Assembly (NCBI GenBank): GCA_965645245.1
Contig: OZ287083.1
Span: 1,860,001-1,896,811, forward strand
DNA: 36,811 nucleotides
DNA from: Massalongia carnosa
Lineage: Eukaryota
Direction: 5' to 3'
This document shows, piece by piece, positions 1 through 11,272 of this stretch. The notes under the pieces are model-generated. The model worked only from the letters and a program-made list of their open reading frames with translations, did no database searches and was not told where the DNA came from. The position numbers and the translations under genes are program-made. Each line of letters starts with the position of its first letter. Position 1 is the first letter of the stretch.

Positions 1-345
1 CTCGTTTTTGGGGTTCAACGTGCATCCGTTTTATTCCTGCTATTATCCTGTCCAGGACTGGCTGATGGAAATCCTCCAGGTCCCCTAGGCCCATGTCCAA
101 TTGCTTGATCGCACCCTAGCTAGATAGTTTTGATATTTTTGGGACGGAGTCCCCGTTGGCCTAGAGCGGCTATCCACGCCGAAAGTCTTCGAATTGTTGC
201 TGGAAAGGGGAAAATATTCGTCGCCAGCTGACAGTGGGTCGTGTAGCTTTTCGGGGCTGCATCATATAGTCCTCGAGTCCTAATTGCTATGCCCCACCAT
301 AGATATCTGGCTGCCCGACGATCCAGCGGGACCTCATTGTACCAT
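1..345 (-). pseudogene. N-terminal part of a DIRS-type tyrosine recombinase, frameshifted
   Basis: Manual translation: WWGIAIRTRGLYDAAPKSYTTHCQL..FPFPATIRRLSAWIAALGQRGLRPKNIK..DMGL..PVLDRIIAGIKRMHVEPQKRE. It lies directly downstream of RNase H, where the YR sits in DIRS/Ngaro elements. Catalytic residues would be outside the window. Confidence 0.65.
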
Positions 346-376
346 GTTTCTGGAGGGTCGCGGGCGTGTGTCGCCG

Positions 377-2320
377 TTATTTGTCCGATGAAATGCCCTG
401 CAGTTTGGGGTAATTGTCAGCGATTTTCCCAAATAGTACTGGGGACAACCAATCTACTAAGAAGTTTTCTTTGGTCGACAGCCAGTGTAGCTCGATTTCA
501 ATATCATTTATAGCCGCCATCATAGCGATATTCCGAAGAGGGTGCATGGCCCCTCCTCGAATGGAGGTCTTTATGACCCCGGACATTACAGCGAAGCTGT
601 CGCAATAGAGAAGAAGATAGGCTCCCTTGCATAGGGGGAGCCACAGCGGTATAGCGTGCAAGATCGCTGTCATATCCTTCTCATTGATATGTTTGGCTCT
701 GAGCCTAGTGATGTATCGTTCAGACATTACTTGCTCAGCGGGCAGTGTGTGTGTGGTCTGACAACCTAATAGTATGTATGCCCCGATTCCGAAGTCCCCG
801 CTGGCATCCGTCCAGAGACGGAGCAGGGGTCTCGAAGGGCTGATGATGCATATGCCGTTCCATAATGGAAGGAAGTGATACCACCATAAAAGATCAGCTT
901 TTATGTGGGAATTGACATGAATAAATGGGCGCGCGGGCCCGATTTTGTAGTTGAAAAGACGCCGGAGAAAGGTTCTCCAGGGTACAACTACTTTGGCTGC
1001 AAAGGGGTATAACGTTCAGAAACCACTTGCTCAGCGGGCATGTGTGTGGTCTGACCACCTTGAAGTATGTATACCCCGATTCCGAAGTCCCCACTGGCAT
1101 CCGTCCAGAGACTGAGCAGGGGTCTCGAAGGGCTAATAATGTGTATGCCGTTCCATAATGGAAGGAAATGATGCCACCATAAAAGATCAGCTTTTATGTG
1201 AGAATTGTTATGCATAAATAGGCGTGCGGGCCCGATTTTGCAGTTGAAAAGGCGCCAGAGAAAGGTTCTCCCAGGAACCACTACTTTGGCTGCAAAGGGG
1301 TGGTATAACTTTCAGAAACCACTTGCTCAGCGGGCAATGTGTGTTGTCTGACCACTTTGAAGTATGTATGCCCCGATTCCAAAGTCACAACTGGCATCCG
1401 TCCAGAGACGGAGCAGGGGTCTCGAAGGGCTAATAATCTATATGCCGTTCCATAATGGAAGGAAATGATGCCACCATAAAAGATCAGCTTTTATGTGAGA
1501 ATTGTTATGCATAAATGGGCGCGCGGGCCCGATTTTGCAGTTGAAAAGGCGTCGGAGAAAATTTTTTCCGGCACCACCATTTTGGCTGCAAAGCCCAGAA
1601 ATCGCAGCAAGAGTGTCTAGCGTGTTTCTGGTTATCGTGGATTTGTTCAATGTTGTTTGGACGAAATCCTTAGCTTTCTGAAGATTTTTTGCCGGTAGTC
1701 GTGTCTGCATAAGGTGTGTGTCCAGCTTGATGCCCAGGAATTCGACTACCGTGTCTTGTTTATTTTTCTTATCGTTGATTTTAGGCCGAGGTCTGAACAA
1801 CTAATCATCATCCAGTTCAGACCTTTCGCGAATATGTCAAACAAGAAGGGAGACGTCCTGAGGCCGAATTGAAGAAAGCGTTCCATCCAGTAAACCCAGC
1901 AATCACCAATCGCTTTGCGCCACTGGAACGTCCACTGGAACGTGGCGAACGGCATCGGCTGGATCTCGTTTGATCAGTACGCAGTCCTTGCCCATTCTCT
2001 GACGCCGGCGAGGGCTTCGTCGAAAGTGATATATTCCAGAGCGCCCCATTCTTCGGGAATGAAGTCGTTCACCGAATTACCCTCGGGGTGGGAGAGGTGA
2101 TGAATACGGCGCCATCCTCTGTTTACTTTAGGGACGAGACATAAGGGGGAGCATATATATCTGGCTGGTAGGGTGGGTACCTCGGTCAATCGGTTCTTGG
2201 CCTTCTGGTCCTCGACGTCCATGGTCAGAATTTCTGGGGCCGCGTTGGCCGAGGCCAGGTTTTTGCTTAGAATGAACTGAATTATGCCGGTGTAATCAAT
2301 TTTGGCCCCGTACATGATTA
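377..2320 (-). pseudogene. DIRS-type reverse transcriptase/RNase H, fragmented
   Basis: ORFs 1974..2315, 1746..1955, 1438..1800, 988..1281 and 377..727 carry successive RT and RNase H motifs, broken by frameshifts and deletions. Confidence 0.85.
716..1595. repeat. Three tandem ~296-bp copies of the RT-linker/RNase H segment
   Basis: ACTTGCTCAGCGGGCA recurs at 729, 1025 and 1321; each unit encodes ADLLWW.HFLPLWNGI..LWTDAS.DFGIG. Confidence 0.95.
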
Positions 2321-2620
2321 CGAGACCGTGCTATCTCAGAACTGAGATTTTGGAACCGGTTTCAAGTTTTTACGATCGATACAATTCGTAAAAGGTTGTA
2401 AATTTAAAACCACGTATGCAATACAAAATTATCTATTTAATTTCAGGATTGAAATCGAAAAATTGAAAACTTTTCTTAAAATTTCTAAAACTTACGTCTT
2501 GCGAAATTAGCGGAAAATGTCACACTTGATGACCCGGACGATAAATTTTTGATAACACAATAAACTGCTCTCTATTTTGCAATTGAATACATTTTCTAAG
2601 TGACATGATACCCTATATCA

Positions 2621-5450
2621 TCATAAACTTACAGCAGGATTCGTAGGAACATGAGTTATCATGTCATGTTGCGATCGCAGAATAACTTCCGGATATACAA
2701 TGTTATCCGTTTTCCAGTCATTTCGTTCCGGAAACAACATACACAATCGAGACACATCTATAACTCGAGATAATGCCACATATAACTGACCATGAGTAAA
2801 AGGAGGAGCTCGCAAATCGACTCCTATCGTGTCCAATGATTGACCTTGCGACTTGTTGACAGTCATAGCAAAGCACAATCGTATCGGAAATTGTTTGCGA
2901 CTTATGATCCAGGGCAACTCGCCTTCCGTGGTATTAAGAAGAATCCGGGGAATTAATCGCGTTTCACCGTTGAATTCTTATCCCAAAATCTTTCCCTCTA
3001 GACAGGTCCGCGAAATGTGAGTAAGACGTAATCGGGTGCCGTTACAGAGACCAAGTTTGGGATACAAATTCCGCAAAAAAATGATTCGGGCTCCAAGGTT
3101 CAGTTGCAATTGTGAAGGTGGTATAGACGATGTTTGCAAGGGTTGTAAAAACTCGGGAGGAAGAAAGTCTCCTCGTGCCTGCGCCGTATCGTTCTCTATT
3201 TGATCAACAGAGTTCAAGGTGTGCGAACCGCCCTGCAATTTATTCAGTACTGCACCGTTTAACTCCGCGACGATATCGTTCCGCAAAGTCAAAATTGCTC
3301 GACTTGCGAAAGAATCCGCATCCAGATGAGCTTGCCGCAGTCGATCGGAAGGAAAAACGGTGTCCACGAAACTGTCTAAGTTGTTCAGTTGATTGACTTG
3401 TTCCGGTAGCTGAACACGACCGGAAAAAGCAGGATCATAAGACATTTTCCCGATCCAGTCCGCAAACGCCTCATTGGCGACTTCGTTACGAATTCGCATG
3501 ATTTGACGCAAAAACAGTTTTTGAAATCGCGGCCACAGAAGGTGTTTTGAATGTTCGCCACAACGATGGCTTCCCGATTTCCACGGGGAACAACGGGCAA
3601 GATTTGAGCGAAATCTCCGCTTAACACCATCGGAATAACTCCAAAAGGTCGTCATTACCTAAAAGGTCCGGAAAAGTGCGATGTACGGCCATGAAGCATT
3701 GTTTGTGTTGCATCGGCACCTTTTCCCCAATGATTAAGGCTGTGCGTTGCAAAAGACAGTGTAAATGCGTGTTGCGGGTGATATTACACATGCTGTCCTC
3801 ATTTAAATTCAAAGGAATTTTCAACCAGGAATGTGAATTCTGTCCGCTAGGAAGAAGTAAAGCGCAATGCCGGAAGACGCAACGCAAAGAACGATTTTAT
3901 TCTCCGCCCGAATATCATTGCAAAGAGTCTAATATAAAAAAGTCTTACCTGTTCCTGCAGGTCCGTGAACAAAAAAATGCGCCATTCTAGGATAATCTCT
4001 AACTCCCGCAACAATGGTATCAAACAGTATTTCTGATCCGCATTCAATTGAGCATATCGTTCATTTCGTAACGTCGTTTCTTCGTTGAAATCGTAAGTCA
4101 TTTCTGTAACGGTTCGACCATGCGTGGTGCGGACGGCAGGACCTACAGCGAACAAAGCAGGAGTCCCAGTTATAGTAGAATAGAGCTTGGTCTGCGGAAT
4201 AAGTATTGTGCCTTTTGGTCGGGAGGACAGGTGGCGCAATGGTAGAAATCTATTTACTTCTCGCTTCGTCACAATTTCATTTGCGATCAACGGATTTCCA
4301 GTACTCCGACCCCAATCGTATGTAAACAGCGGCATATTCTAATCCTCTAATCGTTTTCCTAAATCCGAAAGACCTCCGTTTAACAAATAAAGGCCGTAAT
4401 CTAAATGCGGACTCATTAAATCGTCAGGAACATCAGTCATTGATCGTAATCGATGCGGTAAATTGTCATATATATCATTTGCGTATCGATTCCATAAGGC
4501 CGTAGGATCCGTAACACGACGATCATCGGTTGTGGCCGCATTCTCCCGCAAAGCCTCGCTGGCGGATTTGTAAAGCCTGATAAAGGGATTCATATTGTGC
4601 AACATCTCTGTTAAACGTTGTACAATATCGGGATCCAATTCTGTATGTTGTCGAGTACGAATCGCGGTTGCTTCGTCGGGATCGTAAAAAACAGTTGAGC
4701 AAAGCGAGGAGAATCGTCAACGGGATCCAAAGGACCTTGCAGGTGATACAGTTCTCCGGGATTTTGAAAACATACCGGTCCACGACCGTTGCGAGGAAGT
4801 CGGCGATCGGGTTTGTAGTTTACGGAGGTGAACGTCAACGTGGAATTATATTTTCGGAGGTTTTTGCGAAATGTGCGGGTTCTAATATTGTCACCAATTA
4901 ACAGTTGCCGTAAATAAGCAGGAGGAGGCTGAAACGGTGGCAACACGACACCACCTCGCTTGCAACAGGATTTGTATACTCGATCTCGTCTTCTGTCACT
5001 CTGAACAGCTTCCGTTTCCCAATGCCACGCACCGCAGTTTCTGCAATGATCTGTCATGTGTTGAAGTCGTTGTATCGCGGATTCGAAAGTGTACTGACTT
5101 TTAAATGCGGCAGGAAAGTTACGATTTGCAGCCGCATGGTCACGGGCTTCAACAGTACGGTCGCGACGACGTGTTCGACGATTTCCTCGTGACTCACGAT
5201 GATTAACAGGTGGAGAAACAGGTCTGGAACTGGCAATGGATGGAGAAATATGTCCGAAATTCGACCTTACGAAACCGCGAGCTCGGTTGTGATTGTACTG
5301 ACCCGCTTCTGCTTCGTTGAGCAGCATTTCTTCCCAAATGTTCGGATTTTCCAACTGCAAATCATTTCGATTTGGCGGGCTTGGCGAGTGGAAAGCCGAC
5401 GATACGGGAGAAACGAAATTCGCTATTGAACTGTTAGGCGAACTCTGCAA
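2621..5450 (-). pseudogene. Helitron Rep-helicase remnant: N-terminal Cys motifs and PIF1-like helicase; HUH Rep core not found
   Basis: CRNCGAWHW..CCKRG and FAQLFF N-terminal motifs; GDFAQILPVV, LRNL..GLCNGTRL, QFPIRLCFAMTVNKSQGQSL and HGQLYVALSRV helicase motifs. Apparent deletion junction near 4515. Confidence 0.9.
4105..4273. mobile_element. Solo LTR (169 bp) inside Helitron copy 1
   Basis: TGTAACG...CGTCACA termini with a perfect 5-bp TSD ATTTC (4100-4104, 4274-4278). Confidence 0.9.
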
Positions 5451-6125
5451 AGATGGAAGAGTGACAGGAGATACAATCGAACTTCTTGGAGGAGCAGGCG
5501 GACGCAGGAAAAGACTAACAGAACGTTTTCGGTGGTCGTAAGCTTAGACGAACGCGTTTTGCGGGAGGATTTTCCGGAGAATTCACTTTATTATGCGGTC
5601 TACGGAGAGAACACCATTTTCGTAACGGAATGGGAAGTCGTGAAACGATTTCTCGAGGAGAAGAGCTAAGCTGCAAAGATATAGCGGTAGTCGTTGTTGT
5701 TGTTGCGAAGAGATCAGATAATTGTTAATGCTAAACCCAATTAAGACTACGTTAAACCGAATCGAGGGTTTTCGCAGGTTTATTGAACGGACGGATTTAG
5801 CGCAGTTTTCGGGAACATCAAAACATGAAAAACGCGAACAACGACCACCTCTCGCGGCCCACAACGAACGTAAAAGAACGTAGTTTTCGCGATACAGACT
5901 GATATCAACAGGATCAGTTGATCTCCGAAGTTTGACGAAGTGAAACGGTCCGGTACGGTCGAGGCAAGAGGGGAATTTTTGGTCCTGTCCGCATGGAGGT
6001 CCTCCCCGCATTATTTGATAATTCAGTACTGTTCCGCAAGCCGCGTTCCCTTTTTCGGGTTCAATCTAACCGAATAAGGTAGTGTTGCCCAAAGTAGCAG
6101 GGGAACTCTTTCAGTACTATATAGA

Positions 6126-6991
6126 TATCGTGAATGGTCTGTTTGTAAATTTTTTTTTTTCGGATAACCTATGAGGTGAAGTTCCTAGCCTTCTTTTCTT
6201 AGAGGCCCTGAGGGTACGATTGCTGATTTATCTATCAGCGGATAGGGGAACCCTTCGGCGATATGATCAAATGGGCCGGCTAGTCAATCTCGTCTGCCAG
6301 TTGACATGAAATTTGGGTTGCTGATATGTGCCTTGAGGCAGTTGTTTTTCGTGTGATGGCCGAAACAGAGACTGCAGACGTGAGGATACCTGCAGTCCTT
6401 GTATTCCCGCCCTGCGTTGTATCAATTGCAGAACATGGGCTTTGATTCAGTGGAGCCGCCTACTGGGAGTGATCCCGTGTGTCTCAGGTGTAGGTGGTGT
6501 AATGTAACAACAAGCGGTCCAGATAGATTTGAAAGGCCCTACAAAGACTGTCTTTTATTCTGGATGATGCCAAATGAAGCAAGACCTGCAAATACAACCC
6601 GAGGCAGCGAATCGGGTGGGGTAGTCCCTTGATATCTCCGTTGGGGACTGTTTTTCCCTCCCTTATGTGCTGAATAGCCGCCAAGTTGTCGGCGATTTGT
6701 TTTTTGAAGGTAACGGGTCTCCTCCTGCCTGAAGACTGTCGCCGTGGCCTCCTGCTGAGCCCTGAGATCCAACAGCAGATCTGGGATTGATTCCGATGTT
6801 CGATGAACGTCTATCACATCGTCCCGAAGTGTTCCCTCAGAACTTTGAGTGTTCGAAGGAGGCTGTGTTTCTGAAACTATGACCCCTCTTCTAGGGGATC
6901 GAGTGGAACGAGTGAAACGTTGACCGGGCCCCGAGGTGTTTTCGAAGTGAACGAAGAGCTTGATGATTCTTTGAGGGCGATGGAAAGGCAT
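6126..6991 (-). pseudogene. gag-like ORF and start of the RT frame of the DIRS-like element
   Basis: ORF 6539..6991, followed by a finger FCN*YNAGREYKDCRYPHVCSLCFGHHTKNNC (~6335-6435); position upstream of RT. Confidence 0.6.
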
Positions 6992-7098
6992 GATGGGCTC
7001 AGTGTGGAGGGTAATATAGAATGAGAGGTGGAGATAATTTGGAATGATGGGGTTGGGGGTGAGTAATTGATAGATGTTTTCAATTTGGGAAAGACTTT

Positions 7099-7170
7099 CA
7101 AAAGACCTTTTGGTGAACTCCGAATCAATTCAGCACCAAAAGACCTTTTAGTGCTGAACTCCGAATCAAT
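7099..7170. repeat. Short imperfect direct duplication with an embedded hairpin
   Basis: CAAAAGACCTTTT..TGAACTCCGAATCAAT at 7099 and 7137; TTCAGCAC (7129) is inverted relative to GTGCTGAA (7151). Confidence 0.8.
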
Positions 7171-7520
7171 AGTAATGATGAGGAGAAGAGTGCCAAAAGG
7201 CTACCTATTTATGCTTTTTTCTCCCGTCCAACATCCGACCTTCGGCCTTCGTCGGCTATCCGCGGCCTGCCTCCACTCGGTCCCGGCATTACCTTTCGCC
7301 CTAGCCGAATTACTACTATCCAGAGACTTCTGGCACTCTGCCACCTATTTTCTGTGCATTGGGTCCATCATTCTCTATCTATCCCTCCTATTCTAAACAA
7401 GAACGCTCCCTTAAATCACATCAATCAGTTCTCTCTTCTGTACACAGCGATTTCTTGTCAGAAGCACAAAAACTGCGTGTTAGAAAGAGCTTGAACACAT
7501 TGATCGTACTACACCGAAGC

Positions 7521-7810
7521 CCTCGGACACCAAAGAGCTTACTAAGCTCAATGGTCGAAGGCACTCAAGTTCTCGGACACCAAAGAGCTTGCTAAACTCG
7601 ATGGTCGAAAGCAATCAAGTCCTCGGACACCAAAGAGCTTGCTAAGCTCGATGGTCGAAGGCAAAAAAAGTATATTGCTGGCCCTGAGCGCCCCATTGGT
7701 TCAAAAATCATCAAAGCGTCAGTTTCACCCGTAGTTGAGTTCTGGACACGCAAAAAATACAAAATCCCTCGGACATCAAAGAGCTTAGTAAACTCATTGA
7801 TCGAAGGCAC
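7521..7810. repeat. 50-bp tandem repeat (3 copies plus 1 detached copy)
   Basis: CTCGGACACCAAAGAGCTT.CTAA.CTC.ATGGTCGAA units start at 7521, 7571, 7621 and, more diverged, 7767. Confidence 0.92.
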
Positions 7811-7882
7811 AAAGACCTTTCTTTTTGGCAATTATGCCTCCTTAAGGCACTAGATGAGATTGTGCGGCAGTTGCCTCTTATT

Positions 7883-7909
7883 ATTTAACCGGCCTAAGGC
7901 CGGTTAAAT
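7883..7909. repeat. Perfect 27-bp palindrome
   Basis: ATTTAACCGGCCT-A-AGGCCGGTTAAAT: 13-bp arms, 1-nt centre. Confidence 0.95.
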
Positions 7910-8155
7910 CAAATTGGAACAACCTTGCGCTCAATTTGCTTTTGGTCAATTGGACCCTTGAAAAAGCCGAAGTTGAAATTCTCATCATGGCAAACAAGCA
8001 TGTTAAGCAAACAGGTTTCTCTGTTGAGACATCAGAGTGGACACTGGCTAAGGAGGGACTGTTTTTTCCTTGTCTATAAGAAAGGTCACAGATCTATATT
8101 CTTTCAGTCACTACTAAGTTTCTCGCCTTGTTCAATTGCTCCCCATTCTCCTATT

Positions 8156-11100
8156 ATGTCTATCTTAGATACGTCACATCTTTTGGAGAAAGCCGAAAGA
8201 TATTCGGCATGGGCAAGCTATACGAAGGGCATTCTGCTCAAGAACAACTGCGAAGGAGCCATTCTGGAGAATTAATCAGAAATCACCACTGAAACCATCA
8301 AGGAAGGTTTAATACAAGCAGGCTTCGACGCCAAAGTTCTTACAGTCAGCATCTTGGTAAAAGAACTGCGTGACTAGAAGAATAGACAGAAGGCCGAGAT
8401 GACCAAGGCTATAGGAATCATTCACGGATTAGTTGCGGGGTGCCATTACAGCCTCATCGACAACAAGAATGTGGCAGAAATGTGGAAAATCCTGAAGAAT
8501 AGATTCCAAGATATAGCAATAATGAGCATCAGCGACATCATTCTGAAGGTTAGTTCCAAGAAGATGACCGACTTCGAGACGACCAGTCTATACTGTGCAT
8601 ATTACGAGAGCGCTTTAAACAAGATTAAAGGAATTCTGGACGACAAGGCGAAAGTGGATGTGCATACCGTGGAGTTTATGCTTAAGGGAATGATGCTGGG
8701 TAACACCAGACGTCTATTCCCCATTGATAGCCCAACTTCGACGAGATTAAACATACGAAACCACAAACCTGTCGGAAGCAATGAAGACCATTTTTGCTTA
8801 TTATGTCAACATGAAAATCACCAAGGCACTTCATATCAGCACACCTGACTCAAGAGGTCGAGCCCCATCAGGGAACTGCACCTTCTCTTAATGTGTCAAG
8901 GGAAATAACACTCGTCATTGGCTAGATACCTGTTTGCAGAAGTTTCCACTGTTAAAAAGACATAGAAGTTCGCTCGAATGCGGAAGAGCAAAGGAACAAA
9001 AGACTACTTCGTTAGAAACGAAGACGGACTTATCTCATACATCAACCAACATTCCAACGACCATTGACACTCCAGATTTGAGGTTACATTTGAGCAAAGT
9101 GGACGAGGATACCTATCAAGGACTGGACGTCATTATTTGTCAAATCAAAACTCACTACATGGCATGGAAGGCTTGGTCATCTCAACATAGCAACCTGTCG
9201 AAAATATCTGAAAACGCTAGACATAACATACGATGACGATATCAACCACGGTTGGTTTTGCCATGCATGCGAAATGGGAAAAGCCAAAAAGATATACAAC
9301 CGAACACGGCAAGAGAAGGCCACAGAGCTCTTTCAAAAGATAAACTCTGACCTAGTGGGACTAATCAAGCCATCAGGACTTCTTGAAGAACTTTACTTCT
9401 TCACTTTCACCTGTGATGCTAGCAGATACACTCATGTTCATACCGGACACAAGAAGAGTAAATGATTTGATCACTTGTTGACATACTACAGCATGGCTCA
9501 AAACAAATCCGGAAAGGGTAAACTCATAAGCAGTTTTCGCACTGACTTCGGCACGGAGCTTCGCAGTCACAAGTCAGACGTTTGGTCGTTGGAACAAGGC
9601 ATAACGTTTGAAACAGCTGCTCCATACTCTTAAGATGAAAACGGAGTCGCGGACCGAATGGGCAGAACCATCATGGACATGACAAGATGCAGTGTCATTG
9701 CCGGAGACATTCCAGACTACTTGTGGACAGAAGTGGTTCTAGCCGTGGTTCACACCAAGAACTTTAGACCAACCAACGCCTTAGCAGGTAAAACCCCGTA
9801 TGAGATCTTCGAGAAGAAGTCACATAAGCTGGATCACCTGAGAATTCTCGGATCTACAGTCTATGCATTAATTCACAAAGAAGAGCGAAAAGGAATAAAC
9901 AGCAAGGCTGCTAAATTTTCTCCGAGGGCTCAGAAAGGAATCCTGTATGGATATGACAGAAGCACCATTTATCGCGTCTTTATGGAAAAAGACTACAAGG
10001 TCATCAGGGTCAAGGACTTACAAATTCATGAAGACGCCACATTCAAAGATGGGACCGATCTACCCATGTACGACTCAAAATATCATCAAGCAATAAACTC
10101 CAAATATGCAAACGAATGGAGTCAGTCTGGGTAATGGATGAGATCAAAAGTCTGCTGGAGAATAAAACCTGGGATACATTACCTACCGAGTCCATGGAAC
10201 CCGGACATATAGTCTTAAGTGGCAAATGAGTATTCAAGCTGAAACGGGACGCAAATGAAAAGATCGTTCGCTTTAAAGCCAGATGGGTTGTCAAAGGATA
10301 TCTCCAACAATACTGAGTAGATTTCGATCAAACCTTTGCATCTATGGTCAAACAATGGCTTTTCGCTTGCTATTCGCGTTAGCTGCTCATCACTATCTGT
10401 ACATCGAGCGACTGGATATAGTGACAGCTTTTCTGAACGGTCTCATTATCAACTCATCTATGTCCACATGCCGAAAGGATATGACACAGCTGGCATGGTG
10501 TGTAGGTTGAACAAAGCCCTCTACGGTTTAAACAGTCTCCGCGTCCCTGGTATGAACAACTGTCAGCTTTTCTATTGAGCAAATTAGGATTGGAGAAACT
10601 CCACGCAGATCATAACATTTTCGTCACACCTCAAGGGATAAAAGGACACATTGTTACCTCTTTCGTTGACGATTTGAACATCATAGGCCCAAAGGGTTCC
10701 CCGATGATCACCGAAGTCAAGAAACAGCTCAAGCTAGCTTTCAAGATAGTAGACATGGGACCAATCAGCTACTATCTAGGCCTTAAAGTCGAACGAGATC
10801 GAGTCAACAAAACCATAAAGCACTCCCATGCGAGAAGGCTGTCTCTTCATCAATAAATTTCAGGACTCTGACAAGGACATAAAGCAATATCAAACCATGG
10901 TCGGATCCATCACTTTCGCAATGATAGAAACCAGGCCAGACATAGCTTTCGCAAAGTCCGTAATCAGTCGACATGCAAAGAATCCAGGCAAAATCCATAT
11001 GGAAGCGGCCAAACACATTCTCAGATACCTTAGCGGTACCAAGAATAGAGACATCACCTTCGACAAATAGCAGCGAAAATCCAACTGGAGTTCTGTGTTC

Positions 11101-11250
11101 ATGCTGAACAGTAGACCAATAAGCTGATGTTCCAAAAGACAAACAACCGTTACATTGTCATCAACCGAAGCAGAGTATATGGCACTCACCTTAGCAGCAA
11201 AGGAGGCAACATGGCTACGTTTACTGATGACCGAACTCGGATTGATGACT
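8156..11250 (+). pseudogene. Ty1/copia polyprotein A (gag, integrase, RT, RNase H start), heavily decayed
   Basis: gag (YSAWASYTKGIL; VAEMWKILKNRF), WHGRLGH/CHAC integrase finger, SDLVG, ENGVADRMGRT, KTPYE, RFKARWVVKG, LNKALYGL, FVDDL, TRPDIAFA and SSTEAEYMAL. The integrase-before-RT order is copia-type. Confidence 0.92.
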
Positions 11251-11272
11251 AAATTCCTTCTATGCCCTGACA

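Larger units (their letters stand above)
2321..6125 (-). mobile_element. Helitron copy 1 (internally deleted, non-autonomous)
   Basis: On the minus strand it starts TCTATATAGTACTG at 6125 and ends with hairpin ATCTCAG-TT-CTGAGAT (2333-2348) then CTCG at 2321. Inserted at A|T with no TSD. Both ends match copy 2. Confidence 0.92.
1..7170 (-). mobile_element. DIRS/Ngaro-like tyrosine-recombinase retrotransposon (gag-like, RT/RNase H, YR), decayed, interrupted by a Helitron, runs off the left edge; 5' boundary approximate
   Basis: Minus-strand order: Cys/His gag-like finger (~6330-6440), RT (SPLCLVPK..WRRIHHLSHP..SVNDFI; FGLRTSPFLF; VEFLGI), RNase H (LWTDASG, HINEKDM, YCDS), then a YR-like N-terminus. 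Removing 2321-6125 rejoins the frame T-I-H-D-I|I-M-Y-G-A-K-I. Confidence 0.8.

Noticed and set aside
2621..3990. Cellular PIF1 helicase gene
   Set aside because: Lies inside Helitron termini, is duplicated at 18000-19155 and is frameshifted.
7521..7670. CRISPR-like array of hairpin repeats
   Set aside because: No unique spacers (whole 50-bp units repeat), no cas genes, eukaryotic TE context.
7100..7900. Hammerhead ribozyme in the terminal repeats
   Set aside because: No CTGATGA...GAAA core found on either strand here; CTGATGA hits elsewhere lie in coding sequence.
7925..8155. 5' LTR/PBS of copia A
   Set aside because: TGTTGA at 8021 is suggestive, but there is no recognisable PBS and no match to sequence downstream of the copia RNase H.
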